Origin: Sarea resinae
Lineage: Eukaryota
Assembly (NCBI GenBank): GCA_026026165.1
Contig: JAPEUD010000088.1
Span: 1 to 64,000 of the forward strand
Length of the DNA stretch: 64,000 nt
Direction of reading: 5' to 3'
Position 1 is the stretch's first letter. The number at the start of each line of letters is the position of its first letter. The notes beneath the pieces are model-generated. The model saw nothing but the letters and a program-made list of their open reading frames with translations, was not told where the DNA came from and made no database searches. This document shows, one piece after another, positions 42,008-55,029 of the stretch. The translations under genes were made by a program, and so were the position numbers.

Positions 42008-42544
42008 TGAAACGGAGAAGTGATGACGATATTCTAGTAGACTGTAGACTTTCGTTTCATTTCTTTTCCGTCCGTCTGATAGCGAGAAGGGTTGGTACGC
42101 TCAGTAGTATGGATGCACTGTACATATACCATCCAAACAAACACACAGAAAAGAAAAACACAATCCACGGAAGCCAAAGGCCCGAGTGAATTGTCCCTCT
42201 AGAGAGAAAAAGGAGAGAAAAAACCACATCTGGTTCATACCGACGTCGAGATGCAAAGCGAACGTTGGGGCGTTTACTGAAGCAAGCTAGATTTTGGAAT
42301 GGGAGCTGGAAAGGGAGGAAAGGAGTAAAAGAGCAAAGGAGCAAAGGATAGCTGGACCAGATGACTGCTACTGGCAACATAAAGGGGGACTGGCTGGTGG
42401 TTAGCAAAAGATGACTTTGGTCTCGCCCCCTCCCCCCCTCAATCTCCTTTCACCAACTCCTGCCGCCCCCTTTCAACTTCCCACCCTTCTCGTTTGTCTC
42501 TATTGACGCAGGACACCCACTTGCGAGAACCCTCACCTACACCC

Positions 42545-43862
42545 TCACCCTTGATGCTCGCCATCGACAAACGCCCGGAATCGGTCCCGTCTCCCCCGGA
42601 GCTCTAGTTCCAGACCGCGCTCACTAGCCTCCAGCTTGCCAATCACGGAATCCGCATCCTTCCTGATCGCGTCCTCGAGTGCTTGCGCTGCTATCTCCGT
42701 CTCGTCCGCCCCGCCCGGTGAGTGGCTAGCACTGCCAGAGACAGAAGAGGAGGAGACGACGGAGGCGGTGGGGGTGAAGATTTCGCGGGCCAGATCGTAG
42801 ATCTGCGCCGTGAGCTCGTTGTACTCGTCCCACTGTGCCGAGAGCGACGTCGAATGTGTAGAGAGTAGTGTGGCGAACGAGGTCATGCGCGCGTCAAGCG
42901 TGGCACGCGTCCACTGCGCTTCTACTTCGTCGCCCTGCCGCTTTCCTGCTGGTTTTATTGGTGTTGTTGTTGCTACTGGCGCTGGCGCCCTTGACTTGCC
43001 GGCCTCACCACCACTACGACCGCCGCTACTCTTCGTGATGGATGTGGATAGAGGTCGATTCCGGATTTCGAGTTCTTCGCTCGCTAGAGGTCGGGTCAGG
43101 GGCCTGAGGAGCTTTGACGCTGCATCTGAGATGCGGGCGGACGTTTCCGTGCCCAGGGATGCGAGGCGCGAGTGTAGGGCGCCAGAGGTTCTGGTAAGAG
43201 AGGCGCTCGTTGTATGAAGGAGGTGGGTGTGTGATGTCTGGAGTGAATCTGTGGCAGCAGAGGGGTGGGCAAGATTAGTTTCTAGGTATCAGGGGCCGAG
43301 GGCCAGGGCGAGCGGGCGAAGAAGGAGAAAAGATGCAAGAAGACATAGTCCTACCTAAGAGAGCAAGATATGAGGGATGCTCATGCTTCTTGCTCTTATG
43401 GCTGTATTTATCGGACCTGCGTCCATGTCTCGCAGGACCGCCCGACTTGCCATCCTTGAGCTGCCTAATCCCCGTCTCATCTTGGCCTCGGCCTTTCGTC
43501 TTGCACCTCTTGGGCGTCAATCTGCTTTTCTCGTCTCGTCTCTTTCCTTGCTTTTCGTACTTCTTTCTGTCCTTCTCACGCCTGTGCTTATGCCTATGGG
43601 TCTCGGATTTCGTGACACCTGCATACGTTCTTGTAGATCGAAGCAGACCCCGTATGCGCGGCGTGGACTTTTTTTCCTCTCCGTTCTCATCGGCGAAGGT
43701 GACGGCCGCCTGCTTCGATTTCTCTTTGGACTTTTTATGTCGAAAGAGACCAGATGTGGAGACGGTCTTCTTGGACCGGTGTGCTGAATTCAAAGCGGGT
43801 GAAGATGCTGGTTCAGAGGAATGGTCACGCTTGGAGGGGTGGTGGCGGCGGTGAGAGCCCAT
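42545..43862 (-). CDS. Hypothetical protein with a K/R/H-rich N-terminus and a helical/coiled-coil C-terminus
   Basis: ATG 43862 (MGSHRRHH); intron 43354-43249 (GTAGGA...CTAAT...CAG) joins in frame to the exon ending at 42545. Confidence 0.6.
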
Positions 43863-44243
43863 CGTAATCAACAGATATCCTAAGCTGCTTTGATAAATGG
43901 GAATGGAGGTAGGGTATGGGAATCTTGATAACGTGGTAGAACGGTGGACTGAGAGGTGCTGATACGGCGGACAGCGAAGGACTGCCCAAGAGCGATATTG
44001 AGAAAGGTAACGTGAGAATATAATCAGGCATATGAGCACAAAATCATCAATGTGCTTCCACAGTCGTGTATTGATACATCTTTTCAGTACCAATATCTCT
44101 GTCCTATCTGAGGAGACATCATCCCAGTTCAGGCACTGTCAAGATATGGCATCATTACTGTCCATTATTGAGAAACGCTCCGATCCCGCTTCAGATTTTA
44201 CCGCAAATCAATCCAGTACTGTACATACCCACTCAACTCCGCT

Positions 44244-44778
44244 CTACTTCGCTTCCTGGCCCTCAGCAGGCACGAGCACTTTCTTCTCCTCCAGCAACTT
44301 CGCCAACTCGCCATTCTGATGCATCGACATGAGAATATCGCAACCGCCCACAAATTCCTTGTCGAGGTACAGCTGTGGGATCGTGGGCCAGTCCGAGTAC
44401 TCCTTGATACCCGCCCTCAGCTCTTCATCCTCTAGCACATTGAACGCGGTGAACTTTGATGGGTCGACGCCTTGGAGGCCAAGGATCTGGATGCTCGCCC
44501 GGGAGAAGCCGCATTGTGGTGTTTCGGGGGTGCCTTTCATGAAGAGCACTACTGGAGCTGAGGCGACGGCTTTGTCGATTGCCGTGCGAGTCTGTTCCGA
44601 TAACAGACGGATGCTGAGGGGTGTGATGCGGTTGAAGGCGGGAAGTGCGGCGTTCCTGGATGAGGCGGCGAGAGGGCGAGAGGTTTGCCGGAATGCCTTT
44701 GCTGCTGCGTCAGAAACTGGACAGACAAGAAATACGGATGTTGTTTCTCACCGATGTTAATGCGGTTCGTGAGAACAT
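44244..44778 (-). CDS. GRX5: Monothiol glutaredoxin, mitochondrial
   Basis: [26 protein letters not shown] and GGCDI motifs; presequence-like N-terminus; one intron. Confidence 0.96.
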
Positions 44779-45015
44779 GATGAATGATGTGGTATGTGGC
44801 AATCTCGGGGGTGTAGGGTTTGGAAATTATTTGGGAGTCTGTGATTATGATGATGATGTTGGTGGGACTACTAAGATGCTTTCAATAATAAATGTCAAGT
44901 CCGAGGTACCCTGTACTCGGAGTGCACTGGATAGTGATGTCGATATGCCGAGCTACGGAATTGCCGGTTACAAACACTGCGGCATGACGCTCACCTCCAA
45001 TCAATCATCACAGAC

Positions 45016-45526
45016 ATGGAAAATGACGCCGACTCGGAATTCCTCTTGATCGGTGGATTTTCTTCAGACGAAGAGGAAACGGCATTATCTAAAAAGGCAA
45101 CAAAAGAAGACCGTACGCGCCAGACCGAAGCCGAATTCCAGGCGCAAAAGGCGAGCTGGAAGCCCAAGATCGAGACCGGCGATGTGAGCCTTACTTCCAT
45201 TCCGTCTTGCTTTTCAATCCTCTTCCATTGGTTTTTCAAGATGCCTCCTTAGAGACCTCGCATTGCTGATCTAATGCCGTATGATATGAGCATAGATATG
45301 GAAGACCCTCGAGCTCCCTCTCCGAGACTCGGCTTCCAAGCCCGAAAAAGAGACCGTACTGCACGCCATCGAAGAATTGTATTTCTTCCGCGATTACGCC
45401 AAGGCAGTGGAGGTGGCCGATCGGGCACTCTCGGGGCCAGCGATCGATGATGTTTTCAGAGCAGACTTGACTAGCTACAGAGAAAGGTGTATGAAAAGGC
45501 TGGAGGCTGCGAGGAATGTCTCATGA
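45016..45526 (+). CDS. Small hypothetical protein
   Basis: RTRQTEAEFQAQKASWKPKIETGD|IWKTL...HAIEELYFFRDYAKA; intron ~45184-45296 (GTGAGC...CTAAT...TAG). Confidence 0.7.
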
Positions 45527-46004
45527 CATAAGAAGTCTTCCAGTCTCACGATACCCATCGCTGTACAATTTTCAGAGCAAAGGATGATAGGTCACCCTGG
45601 CCGAATGGCAGTGCCGAGGAACCATCAATCAAGCCTTGGAAGCGGACACTCGCGAACGAATGGCGGAGAGGTTGCTTTTATCAGTAGCTCTACACACAGC
45701 GCGATCATACTTGTCTGCCAAGGAGCAATATCGCTAGTAGATAAGTGGATCGACCGTCGATCCTATTTAGTACAAAACGGGGCACTTGACAGGCAAAATG
45801 GTTATACTGATTATAACGACTACAAGAGTTTCCAATGATATGCGCTTCAATCTGTTCGCTGGATTGATTGCTATTGATACAAAGCTATCTGCCGGCGCAT
45901 CGCCACAACCCTGCTCCCAGTAAACCGCAGTACAGAAATTCCGAGTCAAGTCGTCCCTCTTCTTTTTCATTCATACAGCGTAGGACGTTTCATCGAAGAA
46001 TTCT

Positions 46005-46847
46005 CTAGTCAAACGGGTTGGTACGGGTGCCCCACCACGTAAGGAAAAGACTACGCAAAGTTAGTGGAGAACCATGATATACAAAGATATTTACATACCT
46101 GAGTCCAACGGTCTCGAAGACGCGAGACAGAGCTCCCACTGCGACAGTGTCGATTGGACGCTTTTCGGTGAAGACTTGTGAGATGAACTGGAAAGAAGTG
46201 CATTAGTAAATCGTATATCTAAGGAATCAATAAAATCCGAATGCATACCGAAGGTGCGGAGCTGGCGAAGAAGATCAAGCTACCCAAGTAGGCAGCACCC
46301 TTGTAGCTCAGCGTGCCGGTGGCATTTATGAGAGCACCGACACCATATGATTGAACGGCGGAGCCGACCAAGGAAGTACCCCAGGCGGCAGCGGCAGAGG
46401 CCGCCTCCTTTGAGCGGGCGAACTCCTCCTTGGAGTTGGCGGCCTGAGCGCGATGGTAGGTCTCACCGAACAAGGGCGCCAAGACGGCGAGGGAGGCCGC
46501 ATGATTGAAGACGGTGCCCAAGGCGATGGCCGAGGGCTTCACGGGAGGAAGGTCTGTGAGAACAAATGTCAGTCAATTCGATAGCTACTCATTGTAGCGA
46601 GCTTGAACGAGGGGTATGCATGCAGAGATGCAAGATTGCAACAGCATGGAACGACTGCAATGCGCGAGCCATTGATGCACCGAAGTTAATGATGACACGT
46701 ATGGTCCATAAGACTTTTGATCAAGCTGAGAAGGCTGATGTTTCACCGTCGATTGAGAGCAAACAACAGATGCCGCATATGACACACGCAGGTAGGATGA
46801 CAGGGTCAAGTAAAGGGAGAGGGTATCTTACAGTGAAGGGTTGCCAT
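46005..46847 (-). CDS. Small multi-pass membrane protein (DUF1761-like)
   Basis: MATLHY|LPPVKPSAIALG...QSYGVGALINATGTLSYKGAAYLGSLIF...LFLTWWGTRTNPFD*; 3 introns, the first ~280 nt. Confidence 0.8.
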
Positions 46848-48497
46848 TTTGATGGAATTGATGTGATTGTCGATGGATTTGATGGTTTGAAGCTTGGTAC
46901 TACTGTTGGAGAATGATGGATGGTAGGAATGAGGAGAGCAGTGGTCGAGTATTTGAAGGGACAGAACACAGAGGTGGGAGGACAGGGCTAAGGTGGTGTG
47001 GCTGGGGGGTGGGACACGGACAGAGGGCAAGCAAGCAATGGATGGGGGACGGTCATACTATTACTGCCAGGGAGATGGAGTAATGACATCGTTTCTACAG
47101 AGGTACGGAAGGAAGGAAGGAGGACGCGGGCGGGCCACAGTTCAGTCTGTTTTGGTGCCATCACCGCCACCGTCACCGACTGGGCCATCAATGTCACGGG
47201 CCACAAAGCAAGTTTCCCTTAGCGTTCTCCGTATGGAAAGCAATCGATGGATCCATGACTGCAACCCGAGGTGTAGACATGAAGCTCTAACCCTTCCTGG
47301 GCGTGCATACAGAGTGGAGTTAATACCTGTACTGTACTTCAGTATGCCGGAGGGGGTGGAGCTGGAAGGTGTCATTTTGGCGGTAATGATGATGCTCTTC
47401 GACTTGAGCTGTACCTACTTTACCTCTCTTCTCCACTTTGTTTTTGTCCCTATCTGTTTCTGCTTCGAGCCAGCTCATGTCGAATGCATTGTTCGATTGT
47501 CACGTAAGAGCAGTACCAGTAGCCCGATAGGGTATCCCCTCGAATTGCAACTACCTACCTAGGTAGCTGCAACAATGGAATGCAAGGAACGAGACTACTG
47601 CGAATGACATACCGATGACATGACCTATACTAGGTAGGTATGTAGCAACCCGGTAAGGAACCTGGAATCTTGGAAAGAGCATGGACAGCAGCTACGGTAG
47701 CCAAGTACTCCCTCCGTACTCTTCTCCGTACTCCGCACGCTCTTCGTACTATGAGCTAGAGCGCCGTAGGTACAGCCCGAGTACCTCAGCTAGTACCTAG
47801 CACATCAATGATGATCCCTCAATGGATGATGGGCCTTTCGGAATTCCCTTCCACCACCGAAAATGCATGCCATGGATGCCAGAGTACCTGAAGTACCAAG
47901 TATGGCATTTGCCATTCGGAGAAGGCGCCGCACTAAGGATTCCCCATCCACTCAGCCTCCGCTCTTCGAGCACCTGGGCCTTGCGCCATCGGTCACGATC
48001 CGTCTCGGCTTGAGATGCCGTTTCTGATGCTCATCGTTGTATCCTACTCCGTCTCTCCGAGTATCGCCTAGACGGGTATTCACAAAGACGATGCAGTCAA
48101 GTCCTGATCGCGATCATTATATTCTTCCCTTGTCCCTTAGCATATTATTCACCGCATTGTAATGTACGAACACCGCGTCTACATTCTCATGTCTCGGGCT
48201 CAGGGCGAATTGCTTGAGCGAGCTGGTCTACGTTGAGCGAGATACAAAACGCATCGATTTAACAGCAGCTCGGCCTGGCTCTTGAACCCTTTCAATCCAT
48301 CCTGGAGCCGCCCCGGACCGAGGACGAGGAGGCAGTCCTAAGATCGGAAACGCCGCGTGCTGAGCCGCAAGGCCTGGCAGCGTCCTGGAGCGCACTTATC
48401 ACATCTCAGATGCTCATAGGCAATCGAGCTCTTACTGCGTCCTGGGGAAGAAACACCGGGGTCAGTCTCGTTGTCGCTGAGCATTTTCTGCTACCTG

Positions 48498-49988
48498 TTA
48501 CTCAGTCTCCTCTAGAAGCCAAGGGTCTTCCAAGAGCTCCGAAGGCGATGCTCTTGATTCTGGCGTCCATCTGATCATTTTGCGGACGAACTCAAGGAAA
48601 TGCGTTTTATTAGCGGCCTCGAGATTCCTCTCGGAATCTTCCCAAGACACTGATCGGACTGGATTCAAACACTTCCAGTTTCTTGTCGTATGCGTATTAG
48701 ATTGACCGATGCACCTCGTAGGAACCTTGGACTTACCTTGATATCGAAGTAAACAGAGCTGTACTTGCTTCGTTGGAGGAATTCGAGAGGAGGAGGTCCC
48801 AAAAGACCAACTATACTGGCGAGATGGAATCGATTTGCGTACTCACCCGTCTCGGGGTCGAACACATCGAACAAGCGTCTGTTCTCAAACATGTCCCAGA
48901 CCTAGAAGCTCTCATTAGTTTGGCTATGATGGATCGTGCTCATAGTCACACGCAGCAGGTCTCGCACCATGACTCCAACGTTCCATACATCCGCAGCATA
49001 GCCCCAGGGCACCTCTAGGATGACTTCGGGTGCCCGATAAGGATCAGGCTGTATGTCATGGCAGTGCTCGATCTCTCCATTCCGGGCAAGGGAAAAGTCA
49101 CACAAGATCGGACGGCCAAACTTTGCTGGAATGCCGAAGTTTGCGCTTCTGTAAAGATTGTATCCGTCGACATTTTTGTAGAGGCTCAATGCTGCAATTT
49201 CTTTTGTATCCAGCTGTTTCAGGATAGATGAATCAATCAACCCCAACAAGATGTTCTCTTCCTTTATATCTGACCTCTGTTAAAATCTTCGAAAGCATAA
49301 GAATTGGAATTAACGAAGCTGACCTGTGTGAATGATGTGACATTCGCTATGCAAGAAGTCAAGTGCGAGCAGCAGATGTATCAGAACTTGCTTGAGAAAT
49401 GCCTCGGGCAGTTTACGATCTGGCCTTATATACCGGAGAATCAAGATGTCGTTAGACAGAACCTCGTGAACTAAGCATTGATGGCGATGCCCTGCTCTGC
49501 TCGTCACAAGGAAGGAATCCTGAATGGTACGAACATACGCCCTCCCTGGATGGTTGGGGTTCCCTGTGCTGCTGATATGCTTGTAGATGGTAGTCTCATT
49601 GTCAATCTCATCCTCTGCAACCAGATCGTGAGCGTAAATCTTCAGTGCGGCATAGTCATTCGTGCTGGTCATTTGGTCAGCGATATGGTCAATGTTCACG
49701 CCCTCTTGCTTTCACGCACGCCAGGTTACGACAGCACCATATCGTACTTGCTGATCCGAAGCCAAGTTTTGCCACAACCTTGTACTTTTCATTGATGACT
49801 TCGCCCAAGGTCATCGGGTAGAAGTTTTTGAGACCCGCCTCCCTCTCTTCTTCAAACGGGGTGGTCGAGGAAGATATAAAGCGCGACGTAACCCGCCCTG
49901 CATGATATAAGGAAAATGAACTAAGGCGAGTTTGACCCAAGGCTGGATTTTGCAGCCGCAAGTATATAGATTGAGAACGTGAAAACAT
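48498..49988 (-). CDS. SRPK-like (CMGC, expanded fungal family) protein kinase; possibly degenerate
   Basis: [44 protein letters not shown] in place of [18 protein letters not shown] and [16 protein letters not shown]; the last splice junction is out of phase at the first AG. Confidence 0.8.
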
Positions 49989-50686
49989 AGAGCTCAAAGA
50001 CTTTCGATTCGCAGGTGATGGCGTATGTGGGCTTTTGCTGGAAAACACGTCAAAACACGTTAAAATACGTTGAAACGCGCTCAGCCATTCGAGGTTGTGA
50101 CGTTAAATTATTGACATTATTATTGTCTACAATGCCACGTACCTCCACTAGAGGTCGAGCACCGTGGAGCTAGAAGATTAGTCAATATTTACCTTAGCTT
50201 ACCTATTCTTCGCCTTGGAGTACTAGGGCAAGGGAAAGCTATGCGTTAGGGTACGGTGGACAAGTGTGTTTCTGCTGCATCTAGTCGGATACAGTACCAT
50301 TCTTGTTTTTCAACGATACGCTGGATGCGAATGACAATGCCAAAGAGAGCGGTAAAGGCCCGGCATAAGTTCTAATTTTACTTGATAGCCGCGCGCTTAA
50401 CATCGAGTCTAATCTGTGCCTCTCGCACAGTGTGCATAGACTCGGCAATAAATCGACAATGGCTTTTTGCTTGAGGCTCTCATTGCTCCTCTTCTCGCTG
50501 TCATGGCCATTCGCCCTGCTCTTGAGTGAGTCTGCGCGAGTACAAGCTCCCTAGAGTATAAGCAAAATCCCTATCCTTAGCTTCACGATTGCAATCCCAA
50601 ATCATGTGTTCTCACTTCGTATCGAAAAGTTGTTTATCCTCACCCCTCCCCTGGCTCCAACATCCGTGCTCCATCTTTTTCAGATC

Positions 50687-53472
50687 CTATCTCTTCACAC
50701 TCCTTCTGCCTGCAAAAATTAGTGTGCCTTCCGGGGGATCGTAGTCACCTCTGCGCAAGACGGGCCCTCCACCCCCACCGGTCGTGGATCGGAACTTCTC
50801 GTCTTGAAGTCGTTGACGAAAATCTTCGTGGCTTGATTGGCTATTCATTGAGTCTAGCTGATGGAGGTGCGTCTGGAAATGGTTGGCATGTCTTCTTCCT
50901 GGAGCGCGATCTTCCCTCGAGGGAAGTATAGCTTGATCATTGTCTGGAACAAATATGGGATGCGACAACGAGCCTACAGTTGCGAGGTTCCGAGGTTCTA
51001 TATTCCCACGTTGTGGCCTTACTATCTTGTGAGAATAAGAGCTAGGACTGTTGATTGATGCGGGTCGAGAGAAGGCTTCTGGGTGAGATTGTGGCTGTGT
51101 ACCAAGCGAACGTCTGAAGAAATTGGATGCGGTCCCTGTAGCCCGAGGGGAAAAGTCATGATGCTGGGTGCCATGGACGTACTGGCTTGTTGATGGACCG
51201 ATTTGTGAATCTGAGGTCAAAGAAGGTCGGTTCCGGCTTTGGCCTTGCGCGGGCGGGCCTGACATCATGTTCCACTGTTGCGTCGACTTATGCTTCGATG
51301 TGCTTTGCCTTTGGAGATCTCTGACCGAAAGACCCGTTTCTAACCTATCGCTAGATCTGAAGAAAGGACTCGTAACAGATTCGTCATGGCTTGGTCTTCT
51401 ACCGAAGTCATGTCTTCCATCGCCAAGCCCACTGTTTTCGCTATTGCGGCTGACTACAGGCGTGGAACGAGCATAAGAGTTGATTCCCTCTGCTACCGAG
51501 GAAGCTCTGCGTTGATGTATGTGTTGTGATCTAGTATCGCCATTTTGAGCTTCTCGTGTGACAGCTGAAAGGGTCTGTCGATGGGGAAGACTACTACGAG
51601 GGGCATCCCTAAGTTGCTGCAAGGGTCGAGAGGTGCTCACATTTGACCGCAACAGGCCATCTGCAGACCCATTCCTGGAGGAGTTGCCGAAGTTTGTAGC
51701 TGCAGGCGGGAGACTGATACGGTGTCTGCTTGGTGAAGCCTCTATACGCCCTTGAAAATGGTCATGGTGATATGGGCTATCTTCCCTCGTATGGGACATT
51801 GAAGGATTGCTATGCATTGCATTCGACCACAGAGAGGGTCCATCCTGTTTCGATAGCGCGGTTGCCAGTGCGCGAGATTCGAACGGGATCTGCTGAACTG
51901 CGATTTGAGTAGGATCAGGGACGTTGAATTCTTGCCTGGGCAATCGAAAGGGTGTGTGTACGCCTCTGCTGATACGCTGTGGGTGGTGTTCCGATATATG
52001 TGTCTCTGGAGTACGAAACGCAGCTGGCTCTTGCGGTACTTCTTGATAAGTAGATCTCTCCACGACGGAGCGAGATTTGGGCAACTCTTCTGTCTGATAA
52101 AAAGGTAGAGGCGTGGAAGGCCAATTTCGATCATCGTACACCTGTGGGGCCGCTGCCTCTTCCAATAACACAACACTCTCCATTCCATCTCGTCTTGGAA
52201 ACGTCTGAGTAGCGTCATCCGGTTCACCGTGAGCCTGGACTTTCCTAGATCGGCGTGCGATTGGCAATGGCGGTGGTGGCATCATTTCTTTGCTTGAATC
52301 TCTCTCGAACCGTTGTCTCGGATGAACACTTGAATTTATTCCGATCCGGCGCTCCTTATCAGAACCTTCATATTTCCTCTTAATTCCGGGACTGCGAGCA
52401 TCATCTGCCACGGACTTAATTCCAGCATCTGACCTCTTAGCTCTTCTCGGCTCCCATTGTTCTTGCGTGAAGTAAGTTTCCTCAGCACCTGAAGATTCCG
52501 TTGCGCCGATTTCGATCCCAGCCCCAACCAGATGCGGCGCTTTCTTTGGGGGGTCCAGAAGGTCACGCTCGTTTCCGAGCTTCATTGCGTATTGAGTATT
52601 GGGGACGGCGTGACCTAAGTATCTCAATTGTTGCCTCAAAGTTGAGTTTTCGCTATCGAACTATCAGTATGCAAAACATGAGCGAGGATAGACTAATCTA
52701 ACCGCGCCAAGGGCTGGAGGATGCTCAGATAGTGCTTGATAGCCGGCTCGCGTTTCTCCCAATTCTTGAGTTTCTGAGCTGCTTTTTCCAATTGGAAGGC
52801 ACTCTCTTCAAGCATCCTGATTTCCTGAGCCTTCTCCGCAGTCCTCATTTCCTCCTCATCCAGTTGCTTTCGTAATTCATGCAGCTCTCTCGTCTGTCTT
52901 TGTAGCTTTTCGTTAACCTTGGAGCCATAACGGTAGAGACCAAGATATTGAAACTTGAAATAATCGTCAGCGTCTGCCTTTGGAAAGACAGTGGTGGATT
53001 TGAAAGGACATACCCTGAGGGCCATTGACTCGTGCCCCGTACTTTCCAGATGAACTGGAGGCACCTCAAAATAGCTTCTTGGTATATTTTTGTCGTAAGA
53101 GCCTTCGTTCACACCACGTATACCATAGAGTAATTTGGTTTCTCGGTCACCTTTGTCAGCTAGGCAAACAGGACATGGAGCTCGAGGCTGTTGGCCCGCT
53201 GGATGGAAGGGCGCTCCTATTCGGTGAGAATAGTTAGTCGAATCTTACGGTTGGGACCCGCTCCGCTTACCTCCATTCTCGAGGTGCTTTCCGCATGTCA
53301 GGTGCGCGCATTCTGTGAGCCAAAGTTTGATGACTCTACCTTGGGAAGAATCTGGCCCATCGCGCAGGCCTTCATTATGGTCTAGCTCCTTGTAGATCTC
53401 ATGAAGAGAATCTTGGCAAACATGACAGCTAAAAATCAGATCGTGAGGCTTGAGCTCTGGTGGTTCAGCCAT
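50687..53472 (-). CDS. RING + coiled-coil + long S/R-rich tail protein, Zip3/RNF212-like (putative meiotic SUMO E3)
   Basis: CHVC...LWLTECAHLTCGKH...CPVC, then IPRSYF, ALR|FQY and a coiled coil, then a ~650-aa low-complexity tail; 3 introns. Confidence 0.6.
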
Positions 53473-54339
53473 GGTGTTTCGGGCGTAAGCTAAAGCTTTT
53501 CGTAGATGAAGTGTCAATTGTGACAAAGGGCTGAAAGCATGCACTAGAACAAGATACGTCCACTCTCTCTCGGCGCCGAGCCAGGGAAATAGCAAGACTT
53601 CTCATGATGATAGTAATGGTGACTGACGCTCTCATCTGTGTTCGTACGCATTACTGGGACGACCTTGAAAATCCAAAGCCGCCGCGGTGATTGCGATATC
53701 AGTGTTAAAAACGGGAAAGCAGAGTAGGATCGAGATGCTTGAGGAGCATTTCAAGATACCCACCTTACATCAAAGATGAAGGTATGGTAGGGCTTCACTT
53801 CCGACGAGCACTACAATTAGAGCTCGATACAATGACCACGCTGAATTGCCCTCCGGTGTTGTATGAATCAATAATATCCACAAGACTGATCAGTGTTACC
53901 CTCCGTTGATATGGCACTGGTGCGCCAGATAATTTCCGCTAGCAGTAGCCGGTGCTCGTGCACTAGAACGCCGATGGTGCTTTCCGGAACAGGGCCTGCT
54001 TCACAGCAGGTAGACAAAATGGCACTTCCATTGACACACCGAGCCATAAGGTATCGGGAACAGCTCAAAGAATGCAGGCGACAGATGTTAAGACATGGCC
54101 ACTAAAGCTAACGGCAATCAGCAGTGGAGCACTTTATTTACATCGCGTGGAGAAGATTGAGATTAGAAGGCCTAATACACTATCAACAGCACAAATGAAT
54201 ATTTCAATGTCATACACAAAAACATTCAGATCACAAGGTATGGTCGACGAAGGTAGAGGGATTTTATCGCCTGGGTAAGGTCTTGGGTCAATATACAGGA
54301 GTTTCTAAGATGGCCATGATACCCGCTGTGATGCATGAA

Positions 54340-55029
54340 TCAAACGAAAGTCCTGCAAGGGTACCTTGAAGCCGGTTAGCATCTTTCAAATGAAGGTATC
54401 CGGGTGGGCATACTGTTCGGGGAAACCGCTTTCGTGATCCAGCACATAGTTCCGGTCCCTGGGGTTGCGTGCCAAATTGGCCGGAAGTGGCGGAAGTCCA
54501 TTCTTTCCCAAAACACCAGCGATGGTCTTCTTATCCTTCTCGAACAGAGTCGCCAGACCCTTCTCTCCCTCCTGCTGAACCTCGACTAGCTGCTTAGAGC
54601 CTGCTTCTCCAATCTGAAGCACATCATCTTTCGGCGCGGCCTTGCTGCCCACAGATAATAGCCCAACGACATCGGCGGGTTTGACTACGCTAAGGCGTGG
54701 ATAGCTTCGTCGCTGATCACGTTTCCAGTATGGGTTGTCTGCGATATCACCAGCTGGGATTGTGACCGGGTCGTCGTATGATTGAGGAGGTAAAGCGCCC
54801 GGCGATGGGTTGCGGAAGTGAGCGTTAATGGGAACGCCGGTAGATCGATTCGGATCGAGGGACAGCGTCTTTCGGATGCGCTCCCAGATGCCCGTCGAAG
54901 GAACAGTGTATTTCTGGCCACCTGACGTTAGAATTGAGGGCATTGAACTTGTCCTAAAGGACCTACCTTCGTTATCGAGATGGCCCGGGCAGCGGACTGA
55001 GCGGACCGCGCAAACTCCTTGCTCGACAT
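54340..55029 (-). CDS. NADH:ubiquinone oxidoreductase 21.3-kDa accessory subunit (NUZM/NDUFA7-like)
   Basis: KYTVPSTGIWERIR, DPNRSTGVP, DIADNPYWKRDQRRSYPRLS and C-terminal YPCRTFV*; 2 introns. Confidence 0.9.

Noticed and set aside
46555..46831. Long first intron of the DUF1761-like gene as a host for a riboswitch, snoRNA or stwintron
   Set aside because: No TPP aptamer motif, no paired C/D boxes and no nested splice-site arrangement recognised.
47705..47716. TACTCCCTCCGT, resembling a Stowaway/Tc1-mariner MITE end
   Set aside because: No matching inverted partner seen nearby; better explained as part of the TACTCCG motif family.
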